A stretch of DNA of 64,000 nt from an uncultured Nitrospiraceae bacterium (GTDB taxonomy: Bacteria > Nitrospirota > Nitrospiria > Nitrospirales > Nitrospiraceae), in assembly GCA_963846575.1 (NCBI GenBank), contig CAWJWJ010000002.1, positions 704,001-768,000 of the forward strand. The letters run 5' to 3'. The position numbers were made by a program, and so were the translations under genes. Positions within the stretch are counted from its first letter, which is position 1; every line of letters begins with the position of its first letter. The notes beneath the pieces were generated by a model. The model was not told the DNA's origin. It saw nothing but the letters and a program-made list of their open reading frames with translations, and made no database searches. Shown here piece after piece: positions 8,925 to 17,696 of this stretch.

Positions 8925-10219
8925 TGCAGACGACTGCGTTTACTAGTTTTGACACCCTTGGTGTGTCTGCTACTCTCTTGCGAAATCTGACCAAAGCAGG
9001 TTTTGCCGAACCCACCGCCATTCAAGCTCAAGCCATTCCTCATGCGCTCGCAGGTCGCGACGTCTTGGGCTGCGCGCAGACCGGGACGGGGAAGACCGCC
9101 GCCTTCGTGATCCCGATGTTAGAACGGCTAAGTGGGACGCCGAAAGGCCAGCCTCGCGCGCTCATTCTGGCGCCGACACGTGAGTTGGCGATCCAGATTC
9201 AAGGAACGATTGATACCTTAGGGCGTGATCTCCAACTGTTCGCGACCACGGTCGTGGGCGGAGCGGATATGCAAGCTCAGGTCAGAGGGCTGCGGCAACG
9301 TCCTGACATCATCGTTGCCACTCCGGGACGGTTACTCGATCACATGTGGAACGGTACGATCAGTTTGCTCGCCATGACCATGCTGGTTTTGGACGAGGCT
9401 GATCGGATGTTGGACATGGGATTTTCCCAGCAGATCAATCAAATTTTGGATGCCATGCCGGAAGAGCGTCAGACGTTGCTTTTTTCCGCCACCATGCCGA
9501 CTGATCTCGCCCGCTTGGCACAGGCCAGCGTGAAGGATCCTGTTCGTGTCATGGTTACGAAGTCTGCGACGACCGCAGATGGTGTATCTCAAGCCGTGCA
9601 TCACACCACGCATGACCGCAAGAATGCCCTGTTGATGTCGCTTCTTGAGTCTGAATCCGATACCGTGTTGGTGTTTGCACGGACCAAACACCGGGCGGAC
9701 CGATTGGGCAATATGCTCGACTCGGCCGGGCACCGTGTCGCGGTTCTACATGGTGGGCGTACATTGCCCCAACGCCGAGCGGCACTGGAAGGATTCCGAC
9801 GTGGAACGTTTAGGGTGCTGGTGGCTACGGACATTGCCGCGCGAGGGATTGACGTGGCGAACATCGCCCATGTAATCAACTATGATGTGCCCAATTGTCC
9901 GGAGGATTATGTTCACCGTATCGGAAGAACGGCCAGGATGCGGGCGACCGGTCGAGCGACAACCTTTGTCACTTCCGAGGACCAGGAACAGTTGCGAGCG
10001 ATCGAGCGCTTATTAGGTCAGGCAGTCCCGCGTGCGGACGCGAGTGCCGCCTCGACCAGTGTCGCATCACGACCCGAAGGCCATCTGCCTCGTAACGAAT
10101 CGGAACGGCGGCGCCGTCGCGGGGGATCATCCCAGGGCTGGAGGCAGGCTCCCGAGGCGGGACTGCGCGAGCCGAACGGCGGAATCAAACATGGCAGTGA
10201 TTTGGGGCCGGTGTCTTAA
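8924..10219 (+). CDS. rhlE: DEAD-box ATP-dependent RNA helicase (RhlE-like)
   Basis: Q-motif PTAIQ, AQTGTGKT, PTRELA, TPGRL, DEAD, SAT, ARGID, HRIGRTAR; GTG at 8924 follows AAAGGA. Confidence 0.93.
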   Translation: MQTTAFTSFDTLGVSATLLRNLTKAGFAEPTAIQAQAIPHALAGRDVLGCAQTGTGKTAAFVIPMLERLSGTPKGQPRALILAPTRELAIQIQGTIDTLGRDLQLFATTVVGGADMQAQVRGLRQRPDIIVATPGRLLDHMWNGTISLLAMTMLVLDEADRMLDMGFSQQINQILDAMPEERQTLLFSATMPTDLARLAQASVKDPVRVMVTKSATTADGVSQAVHHTTHDRKNALLMSLLESESDTVLVFARTKHRADRLGNMLDSAGHRVAVLHGGRTLPQRRAALEGFRRGTFRVLVATDIAARGIDVANIAHVINYDVPNCPEDYVHRIGRTARMRATGRATTFVTSEDQEQLRAIERLLGQAVPRADASAASTSVASRPEGHLPRNESERRRRRGGSSQGWRQAPEAGLREPNGGIKHGSDLGPVS

Positions 10220-10250
10220 TTTCTACGATCATATGTTGCAAGGAGGAATG

Positions 10251-10592
10251 ATGGTGAGTGACCAGAAACCGGATGCGCCACGCGCCGTGGCTCAGTGGCT
10301 CAGAATTCCTGACGGGACCATGGTGCAACATCGGTTGGATGGACAGAAGGGACACATCGACGGACTGACCGAGATTGTGACGGGCCCAAGCAGAAACCCG
10401 GATGGCCGGACGCAGTACCGGATTAACGTCGGGAAGGGTGACCGGGTGCTCATTGCGGAAGAAGATCTCTTGATCGTGACGGATGCCGAAGGGTTGGTAA
10501 AGATGGCCAAGGAGAAAGGCGAGTACCGCTCCCTGGTCAACAAGCAATTGCGCGGTGTATTTGGTGAGGACCGGTTCGTAAAGACAGCCTAA
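10251..10592 (+). CDS. small hypothetical protein (possible SH3/KOW-like beta fold)
   Basis: AGGAGG RBS at 10241-10246, ATG at 10248/10251, directly downstream of the helicase. Confidence 0.75.
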   Translation: MVSDQKPDAPRAVAQWLRIPDGTMVQHRLDGQKGHIDGLTEIVTGPSRNPDGRTQYRINVGKGDRVLIAEEDLLIVTDAEGLVKMAKEKGEYRSLVNKQLRGVFGEDRFVKTA

Positions 10593-10621
10593 GCCATCCG
10601 GGTGTGTGAGCCAAGCGGAGG

Positions 10622-10654
10622 CCCAGGACCCCTGTTAGTACAGGGGCTCCTGGG
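10622..10654. terminator. hairpin between convergent genes, overlapping the stop codon of the 62-aa gene
   Basis: CCCAGGA-CCCCTGT / loop TAGT / ACAGGGG-c-TCCTGGG, 14 bp. Confidence 0.55.
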
Positions 10655-10823
10655 GTCCCCATTGCAATCCTTCCAGATCAGGATCGCTTCCCTCAGAAGT
10701 CGCGGGCCGCATCGGTTTATCAGCCTTACGTTGCACGCGACGGGCTTCCTTCTCCCGCTGTTTAACTTGTTTGGCCTTCTCTCGATCGCGTTTTGCGATG
10801 GTGGTCTTGCCTGCTCGTGCGAT
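10635..10823 (-). CDS. 62-aa small basic protein with a non-canonical ATC start (absent from the ORF track)
   Basis: AGGAGGAGGG-AACC-ATC; translates (M)ARAGKTTIAKRDREKAKQVKQREKEARRVQRKADKPMRPATSEGSDPDLEGLQWGPQEPLY*; an in-frame TAG 5 codons upstream excludes any upstream start. Confidence 0.72.
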   Translation of the reverse strand: MARAGKTTIAKRDREKAKQVKQREKEARRVQRKADKPMRPATSEGSDPDLEGLQWGPQEPLY

Positions 10824-10877
10824 GGTTCCCTCCTCCTATTCGTGTCCCTGAACGGGTAATCGAATAGCCCTGCCTCG

Positions 10878-11159
10878 TTAGGTAGCGGACGGCCGACGGG
10901 TGGTACGAGTCGTAGTGGGGCGCGCGTGGGCTCGCGCAGGGCGCGCCTGAGTCTGTTCTGACCTGGCCCTGGTTTCTGCTCCAAACCCTGAACTTGCCAA
11001 GGCGGTGACCTCGCGGCGGATCTGATCCATCGGAGTCTCCTGGGATTCCAGTGAAGGATCAACGAGTCCCAATTGCGTCCAACGGATTCTCAGCTTTGGG
11101 ACGGCCCGCTTCTTTTTGTGCGCAGGTTTGTTGCCCCTCCAGACGGACGTAATTTTCAT
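10878..11159 (-). CDS. small Arg/Lys-rich hypothetical protein (93 aa)
   Basis: GAAAGGAG RBS then ATG; basic, low-complexity protein; co-oriented with the 62-aa gene. Confidence 0.7.
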   Translation of the reverse strand: MKITSVWRGNKPAHKKKRAVPKLRIRWTQLGLVDPSLESQETPMDQIRREVTALASSGFGAETRARSEQTQARPARAHARPTTTRTTRRPSAT

Positions 11160-11374
11160 CGTACACTCCTTTCGGCGAACAACAGGATGGCGATGTCCAG
11201 GCCATCAAACTGGGTGCAGTAGGGCAGACACAAAATCCCGCCCCATGCGTTGCCCATTCCCTCATTCGATGAGCATGGAATGGGCCGTAGGAGGAACGGA
11301 AAGTAGGGGAACGGTCACGCAGCTATATCGCAGGAACGCGAAGCGTAGCGTTGCTGTAGCTCGTACGGTAAGGT

Positions 11375-11404
11375 AACTTATCACGCTTTCGGTGCTCCGG
11401 TCAA
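11375..11404 (-). promoter_or_regulatory. sigma70-like promoter for the two small basic genes (about 210-nt leader)
   Basis: Minus strand TTGACC-18 nt-TAAGTT with a TG extension. Confidence 0.35.
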
Positions 11405-11518
11405 TGAGCCAGCTGGGGAGCGGATCAGTGAGCCACCCAGACTTCCTGTCAGTCTTCGGTTCTTTTCGGTAGGGAGCAGGCGAAGGCGCGCGGTGGACAG
11501 GTTTGCCTTCCAACGGGA

Positions 11519-13078
11519 TCAGGCGATAAACCTGGGATCCGGCGATCGCCGAGAGGGGCGTCGAATGCCTAATTTTCTCAAGCGGCTGCGCAAAGTTTCT
11601 GGATTGAGTCCGAGCAAATGAGCGGCCCCTTGTTCACCATAAATCCGCCACTTTGTTCGTTCCAATATTTCCAGAATATGGTTGCGTTCCACCTCACCGA
11701 GTTTCTCTGGCTGTATTTTGGGGGGACTCTGCCCTTCCTGAAGGGGAAGGGCAGGTAGCAGCATTTCATCGACCGTGACGCAAGGCGAGCCGGATAGGAT
11801 CACCGCCCGTTCGATCACATTGTGAAGTTCGCGCACATTTCCGGGCCAAGTATAGTTGAGCAGGCGTGCCATGGATTGTGGATCGAATGTGAGGTGCGGC
11901 CGTTTCAGCTTACTGCCGATCTGCCCCAGAAAGTGCTGTGCGAGGAGGTGAATATCCTCGCGTCGATCCCGTAGGGCCGGCAACGCAATGGGAAAGATGT
12001 GGAGGCGGTAGTAAAGATCGGCGCGGAACGTTCCCTGCTGAATTGCAGCCGACAAATCGACATTGGTCGCGGCGATCAGACGAACGTCTACGGGGAAGGG
12101 TTGAGTGCCGCCGATTCGGTCTACCATCCCGTCCTGGAGAACGCGCAGCAGCTTAGCCTGGGTCTCCAGGGGCATTTCGCCGATCTCATCGAGAAATAAC
12201 GTGCCGGTGTGAGCCAATTCAAATCGTCCAGCCCGGCGAAGCTGTGCGCCCGTAAAGGCGCCGCGCTCGTGACCGAATAATTCACTTTCGATCAGCCCGG
12301 ATGGCAGTGCCGCGCAGTTGACGCGAATAAACGGTTTTGGGTTGCGGGCGCTCAAGTCGTGAATGGCTTGCGCGAGGACTTCTTTGCCCGTGCCGGTTTC
12401 CCCCATCAGGAGGACCGTCGTATCGGTCGGCGCGACCGCTTTGACAAGGTCCACGACCTTGGTGAAGGAGGGCGAGGTGCCCACCACCAGTCGCAGGTGT
12501 CGACTGGCTTTCACCTCCTCCGCAAGGTATTCGTTCTCTCGACGTAATTGTTCGCTGAGTTGCTTGATCTGCTGGTACGCCAATACGTGATCGATGGCGT
12601 AGGCGATTTGGGTTGCGACCTGCTGTAGAAATTTGCAGTCGTCCGGATCCGGATCTCCGGGTTGAACGCTGCCGATGTTCAAGGTGCCGAGACAATGCTC
12701 TCGGACGAGCAGCGGCAAATTGATCATTCTCCCCAATCCCTCTTGGACATAATAGCGATCTTCCAAAAACATTTGCTCCTGCTGAAGATCTCTACGTACG
12801 TGCAAGCGCCGGTTGTCATACACCCAGCCGACCGCGCTGCCTTCACGAGGAATTATGCTGTCATGTGCGAGTGCCGGTGTCGGGAGGTTCGTCACGACGG
12901 CATAAAAGCGAAATGAATCTTTGCTTGGTTCGTAGAGCGTGATGCCGGCCCGATCCCAAGGAATGACCTTTTGAATTTGATCGGCGATCACACGCCACAG
13001 ACTCTCAATGTCCCGCTGCGAATTCAGGGCATTGGTAACTTCGAGAAGCGTTTCAAAATTTAGGGTGGCGCGTTGCAT
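11519..13078 (-). CDS. sigma54-dependent transcriptional activator, GAF-AAA+-HTH (FhlA/NifA-like)
   Basis: N-terminal GAF, GETGTGKE Walker A, ELFGHERGAFTGA, LFLDEIG, WPGNVREL, Fis-type HTH. Confidence 0.92.
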   Translation of the reverse strand: MQRATLNFETLLEVTNALNSQRDIESLWRVIADQIQKVIPWDRAGITLYEPSKDSFRFYAVVTNLPTPALAHDSIIPREGSAVGWVYDNRRLHVRRDLQQEQMFLEDRYYVQEGLGRMINLPLLVREHCLGTLNIGSVQPGDPDPDDCKFLQQVATQIAYAIDHVLAYQQIKQLSEQLRRENEYLAEEVKASRHLRLVVGTSPSFTKVVDLVKAVAPTDTTVLLMGETGTGKEVLAQAIHDLSARNPKPFIRVNCAALPSGLIESELFGHERGAFTGAQLRRAGRFELAHTGTLFLDEIGEMPLETQAKLLRVLQDGMVDRIGGTQPFPVDVRLIAATNVDLSAAIQQGTFRADLYYRLHIFPIALPALRDRREDIHLLAQHFLGQIGSKLKRPHLTFDPQSMARLLNYTWPGNVRELHNVIERAVILSGSPCVTVDEMLLPALPLQEGQSPPKIQPEKLGEVERNHILEILERTKWRIYGEQGAAHLLGLNPETLRSRLRKLGIRRPSRRSPDPRFIA

Positions 13079-13084
13079 GATAGC

Positions 13085-14788
13085 TCAAAAATTTGTCCAG
13101 AGTTGCACGATGCCCCAGTCCTGATCAGCCGAAGTGCCAAGCTGTTGCCGGATATAGGGACCGGAGAAGAAATGGCCGTAAATGAGCGCCAAGGATACCT
13201 TCCCATCCGCAAACATATGGCTCCATGCGATGTCGAGTTCGTCGCCGATATGCGTGGTCGTATTATCTGATTGAGAAAAAATCAACGGACTCTGTGAGCC
13301 ACGGTACCAGTTGTCGCGGGCGCTTGCCAAGTACTTACGCAGGGCCCAAATCTCGACATGGTCGCGGGCCGTCGGGCGAGCCTGCAGGTTGATTTGGGGT
13401 TGCACACTGTTGCGCCAGGCGCCATTCAGCATGTATCCGACGTGCAGAAAGTTTGTCGGAAAAAAGTTCTCGAACGTATTGGCGTTGCCGCCGCAACTGC
13501 GGGCCAGACTTCCTCCAGGGGTCACGCAATTGGCATCGCCGTCTCCCGAGGCGTAATCGAATCCGACGGCGAGTCTGGGTTTCCATCGGTGGTTGTACCA
13601 GGTGTGCCCAAGCCACGTGCCGGAAGCCCAGGCATTGATCGTGAGGTTGCGTTGGTTGTCGAAGCCAATTCCATCCGCAGTGCGACCAAACTGATAAGCG
13701 GTCTCCTGAACAAAGTCCCAATCACCGTCACGGATTTCCAGGCGGAGTCCGATCATATGGCGAAGTTGCCCCGCCGCTTTAGGCGTGTAGAGGCCCGGAT
13801 TGGCACGCTCCGGGAGCCGATTGGAATAGAGCACGTAATAAGGTTCGACAACCATACGCGGAAGGTTGCGGATCTGGTTGTACAACACAACCATGTCGAC
13901 GTCGCTTCCCGCGTCGGAGGCACGTTGTGCGATGGCCGGGTCGCAGGTGCCCGGCGAATTTGCATCAGACCTGCAGGACAAAAGATTCGGGCTCAGGCTT
14001 CCTTCCGACCGGCCTTGGCCGAGGTCCGTTTCAGAGTTCCGAAACCAACCAAGTTTCATGTCGAACTGAGGGGTGGCGTAACTGAACATGACGCCGTCAT
14101 GGGAGTAGCCGGTGTTTGCCCAATCGAAATGTCCGAACAGGCGTTGATTTCCGAATACGACATACTGGCGTCCGAGCTTCACGCTGAGACCTTCGATGCC
14201 GGCCAAATTGCGTATCAGCGCATAACCGGCACGAACGCCCAGCCGGCATTGCCCCGAGCGTAGCGTCCCGCATTGATGGTTTGACGCGTCGCCGCTGTTG
14301 CTGCTTGCGGTAGGATCGCCGTTTCCGCCCCAGGTCGCCGAGTCCTGCAATTCGAGGTAAAAGTTGAGATCGGGGGAAGGGTCGTATCCCAGTCCCAGTC
14401 GGGCCCACTGTTGGATGTAGAAGTCGCTGGCGCCAGGACCGCCATTGGCCGTGGTGCCAGACCCCGAGGCACTCAAACTATTGCAGGCGGCATTAACCGG
14501 CGGCCCGCCTCCAAAGCAGACACCGTTACGCCATTCCGGTCGGACGCGCAGATCGGCTCTCATCCAAAAGTTTCTGAGATCGAAATGCATCCAAGCCGGT
14601 AACCTCACGGCATCGTCCCATTCAACCGGCAGGGAATCGGTCGGCGAGAAAAGGGTTGGGGCGGCAGGCCCATAGTCCGCGCGTCCAGCCTCGGCCTGCA
14701 CTAATGTCGAGGGCAACATGATGCTCGCGGTGACGGTAAGGACAGCGCACCAGAGGAGTAGTCTTCGCGTGGACGTACGTCGCAACAT
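13085..14788 (-). CDS. alginate-export (AlgE-like) family outer-membrane porin
   Basis: Signal peptide; DLRVRPE.R, LELQDS..WG, KLGRQYVVFGNQRLFGHFDWAN, FDYASGD, IGDELD; C-terminal F. Confidence 0.8.
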   Translation of the reverse strand: MLRRTSTRRLLLWCAVLTVTASIMLPSTLVQAEAGRADYGPAAPTLFSPTDSLPVEWDDAVRLPAWMHFDLRNFWMRADLRVRPEWRNGVCFGGGPPVNAACNSLSASGSGTTANGGPGASDFYIQQWARLGLGYDPSPDLNFYLELQDSATWGGNGDPTASSNSGDASNHQCGTLRSGQCRLGVRAGYALIRNLAGIEGLSVKLGRQYVVFGNQRLFGHFDWANTGYSHDGVMFSYATPQFDMKLGWFRNSETDLGQGRSEGSLSPNLLSCRSDANSPGTCDPAIAQRASDAGSDVDMVVLYNQIRNLPRMVVEPYYVLYSNRLPERANPGLYTPKAAGQLRHMIGLRLEIRDGDWDFVQETAYQFGRTADGIGFDNQRNLTINAWASGTWLGHTWYNHRWKPRLAVGFDYASGDGDANCVTPGGSLARSCGGNANTFENFFPTNFLHVGYMLNGAWRNSVQPQINLQARPTARDHVEIWALRKYLASARDNWYRGSQSPLIFSQSDNTTTHIGDELDIAWSHMFADGKVSLALIYGHFFSGPYIRQQLGTSADQDWGIVQLWTNF

Positions 14789-14833
14789 TGATCATCAGGG
14801 AACATGGGAATCCTCCATCCCCCTCTTCGGGGA

Positions 14834-14878
14834 CGGCAAGGGCCGGCGCCTCCGCGATTGGAGCCGCCGGCCCTGCCG
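14834..14878. repeat. GC-rich intergenic hairpin within the sigma54 operon
   Basis: CGGCAAGGGCCGGCG-C-CTCC / GGAG-C-CGCCGGCCCTGCCG imperfect inverted repeat. Confidence 0.55.
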
Positions 14879-14909
14879 AGAGATTCACTGTTCGATGAAC
14901 CAAAGAGTG

Positions 14910-15401
14910 TTAAAAACTCATGCCCGCGCGTTCTTCCATATTGCGGATGAATTCTTCGTGCTCTCTGACCTCGTCAGCGCCCTTCGCACGGATGTGCCGG
15001 TCGCGCGCATGGAATTCATCGGGGGTCACGCGATAGCAAAAATCCCATAAGGCATCGGCGCTATGTTCATCAATGCCCCCGACCCGAGCTTCCAACATGA
15101 CCATGAGCTGGTTGACGCCATCATAGGTGGCACGACGATTTCCGGCGCGATGCAACTCACGGACCTTACTCGTTTGATCGACATAGGCCTGAAAGCTACC
15201 TGGAATCAGATTCTTCTCGGCCATGGTTTGATAGGTCACTACCTGGCCAAGCAACTCTTCAGCCCAGGCGGACGACTTCTGGTTACTGTTCCATAGGACC
15301 GGCTCAAGGGTGCTCGAGAATCCGTGAGCGGGGGGAAGGCCTAAAAAGTTCCAGCCAGCGAGGAGCAGGGTCGCCGAATAAATAACGATCGTTCGATTCA
15401 T
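14910..15401 (-). CDS. exported hypothetical protein (helical, 163 aa)
   Basis: GGGAGG RBS, ATG at 15401, signal peptide ending PAHG. Confidence 0.78.
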   Translation of the reverse strand: MNRTIVIYSATLLLAGWNFLGLPPAHGFSSTLEPVLWNSNQKSSAWAEELLGQVVTYQTMAEKNLIPGSFQAYVDQTSKVRELHRAGNRRATYDGVNQLMVMLEARVGGIDEHSADALWDFCYRVTPDEFHARDRHIRAKGADEVREHEEFIRNMEERAGMSF

Positions 15402-15485
15402 GTTGTCCTCCCTGATAGCCACGACGGTCAGCCGGGCAGGTATGTGTATGTGATTGGTGACTGCGTGTTTCTATTCGTAGGTAAT

Positions 15486-15501
15486 AGCAATGCCCATGCC
15501 T
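15486..15501 (-). promoter_or_regulatory. sigma54 (-24/-12) promoter
   Basis: Minus strand AGGCAT-GGGCA-TTGCT = GG-N10-GC; AT-rich IHF-like tract at about 15525-15560; a sigma54 activator is encoded downstream in the same unit. Confidence 0.65.
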
Positions 15502-15688
15502 GCACAGCAAGTATGGGCATGATGTAAAATATGCTTATTAGTCAATAAGTTAATATTAGGCTTGTCCAAGCCTGCCGATCGGCCCGTTAAGGGGGACGGT
15601 TTAGACGTTAAATAAAACGGTGAAGTCGCTAGGATAGCCGTGATGATTTAAAGCGCGATGGGAAGGCTGAAGGTTGAGAGCGTGGTAC

Positions 15689-17629
15689 CTACGGCCCGTC
15701 GCTCGCGCGTTTCAAAAAGATCGCGGACAGTGCGGGCAACGTGACGGTGACTGAATGACTCCGTCCATGCAGTGGCACGGGTGTCGCCTGGACTCCTCCG
15801 CCGTTGCCCCAGCCACTTCCTCCATAGAGGGTGGCATCGCTGTTCAAGATCTCTTTCCAGTATCCTCCGCGCGGCGCTCCAACTCGATAATTCGGGCGCG
15901 GAACAGGAGTGAAGTTGCAAATCACCAGAATGACATCACCGCTTGTTCGCCCCTTTCTGATCAGACTGATCACGCTCGATTGAACATCCAGACAGTCGAT
16001 CCACTCGATGCCGGAAGGATCAACGTCTCCCTGATGGAGTGCCGGCTCGTGCTTATAGGTACGATTGAGATCGGCGACCCACCGTTGGATCCCGCGATGG
16101 TAAGGGAAATCGAGCAATTCCCACTGCAATTGGCCGTCGTGCGCCCATTCGGTCTGCTGGCCGAACTCACCGCCCATGAACAATAACTTCTTTGCCGCCT
16201 GCGCGTACATATGACCGAACAGCACCCGGAGATTAGCGAATTTCTGCCACTCGTCTCCAGGCATTTTCCCCAGAAGCGATCCCTTTCCGTACACCACCTC
16301 ATCGTGCGAGAGCGGAAGCACAAAATTCTCGTGAAAGGCATAGAGCATGCGAAAGGTGAGGTTGTGATGATGGTATCGCCGATTAATGGGATCCTGCTCC
16401 ATGTAGGCGAGGGTATCGTGCATCCAGCCCATATCCCACTTCAACCCGAATCCCAACCCTCCGAGATATGTGGGGCGGGACACCAGCGGCCATGCCGTGG
16501 ATTCCTCCGCAATGGTTTGGACATCGGGGTACCGACGATACACCTCTTCATTGAATCGTCGCAAAAATGCAATCGCCTCCAGATTTTCGCGTCCGCCAAA
16601 CCGGTTGGGAATCCATTCCCCTTCCTTTCGGGAATAATCCAGATACAGCATGGAGGCGACGGCATCCACGCGGATACCATCAAAATGATACTTGTCCAGC
16701 CAGAATAGTGCGCTGCTGATGAGAAAGCTCTGTACCTCGTTCCGGCCGAAATTGAAGACGAAGGTATTCCAGTCTGGTTGGAATCCTTGTTGAGGATGGG
16801 CATGCTCGTAAAGATGGGTGCCGTCAAAAAATCCCAACCCATGTTCATCGGTGGGGAAGTGGGACGGCACCCAATCGAGCAGGACGCCGATACCATGGTT
16901 GTGCAGAGTATCGAGAAGGTACATGAGGTCCTGCGGTGTGCCGTAATTGCCGGAGGGCGCGAAGTAGCCAGTGGTTTGATAACCCCAGGATCCAAAAAAA
17001 GGATGGTCCGTCAGGGGCATAAATTCCACATGGGTGAATTCCATCTGTTGTAAATATTCGGCCAGGGGAACGGCGAGCTCCCGATAGTTCAGGGACCGAT
17101 TGTGTTCGGCGGCGATTCGCTTCCAGGATCCCACATGCATTTCGTAAATTGCCATCGGAGCATCCAGTGCGTTCGACTTTCGGCGGTTCTGCATCCAGTT
17201 GATGTCTGACCACTCGTACTCGAGGTCCCAGACAATGGATGCCGACTTGGGGGGAATCTCATTGAAGAGCGAGAGAGGGTCGCTTTTTTCGACTTGATAG
17301 CCGGAATGGCGGGATCGAATATGATATTTGTACAGCGTGCCTTTGCCGATCTCCGGAACGAATCCCTCCCAGATTCCTGAGTGCCCTCTTGCCTGGAGCA
17401 GATGCATCCCGGCTTGCCAGTCGTTGAAGGTGCCGATGACTGACACCTGTTCTGCTTCGGGCGCCCACACCGCAAAGTGAGTGCCCGGTTGTCCATTCAC
17501 GTTGCCGGGATGGGCACCGAGCCTGTTATAGAGGTGGAAGTGTGAGCCTTCATTGAACAGGTATACATCCTCAGGCGTCAGTTTGCTGGCCGAGTGAATC
17601 GGTGTGGGTATGGTTCGGTGCTGGGTCAC
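15689..17629 (-). CDS. glgB: 1,4-alpha-glucan branching enzyme
   Basis: FAVWAP, IYEMHVGSW, SWGYQ, DWVPSHF, GIRVDAVASM, IAEEST, LPLSHDEVV. Confidence 0.96.
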   Translation of the reverse strand: MTQHRTIPTPIHSASKLTPEDVYLFNEGSHFHLYNRLGAHPGNVNGQPGTHFAVWAPEAEQVSVIGTFNDWQAGMHLLQARGHSGIWEGFVPEIGKGTLYKYHIRSRHSGYQVEKSDPLSLFNEIPPKSASIVWDLEYEWSDINWMQNRRKSNALDAPMAIYEMHVGSWKRIAAEHNRSLNYRELAVPLAEYLQQMEFTHVEFMPLTDHPFFGSWGYQTTGYFAPSGNYGTPQDLMYLLDTLHNHGIGVLLDWVPSHFPTDEHGLGFFDGTHLYEHAHPQQGFQPDWNTFVFNFGRNEVQSFLISSALFWLDKYHFDGIRVDAVASMLYLDYSRKEGEWIPNRFGGRENLEAIAFLRRFNEEVYRRYPDVQTIAEESTAWPLVSRPTYLGGLGFGLKWDMGWMHDTLAYMEQDPINRRYHHHNLTFRMLYAFHENFVLPLSHDEVVYGKGSLLGKMPGDEWQKFANLRVLFGHMYAQAAKKLLFMGGEFGQQTEWAHDGQLQWELLDFPYHRGIQRWVADLNRTYKHEPALHQGDVDPSGIEWIDCLDVQSSVISLIRKGRTSGDVILVICNFTPVPRPNYRVGAPRGGYWKEILNSDATLYGGSGWGNGGGVQATPVPLHGRSHSVTVTLPALSAIFLKRASDGP

Positions 17630-17696
17630 TGTTCACCTCGTTTGTCAGTTGTCCCGTCGGACAGAGTTACTTGCCGTTCCTGTGCGATCCGCCCTG

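Noticed and set aside
10589..11062. 157-aa minus ORF and 85-aa plus ORF (10602-10859) from the track
   Set aside because: Neither has an RBS; the region is better explained by the 93-aa gene and the ATC-start 62-aa gene in other frames.
11262..11513. 83-aa minus ORF after the sigma54 activator
   Set aside because: TTG start without an RBS; it spans the putative promoter and leader of the small basic genes.
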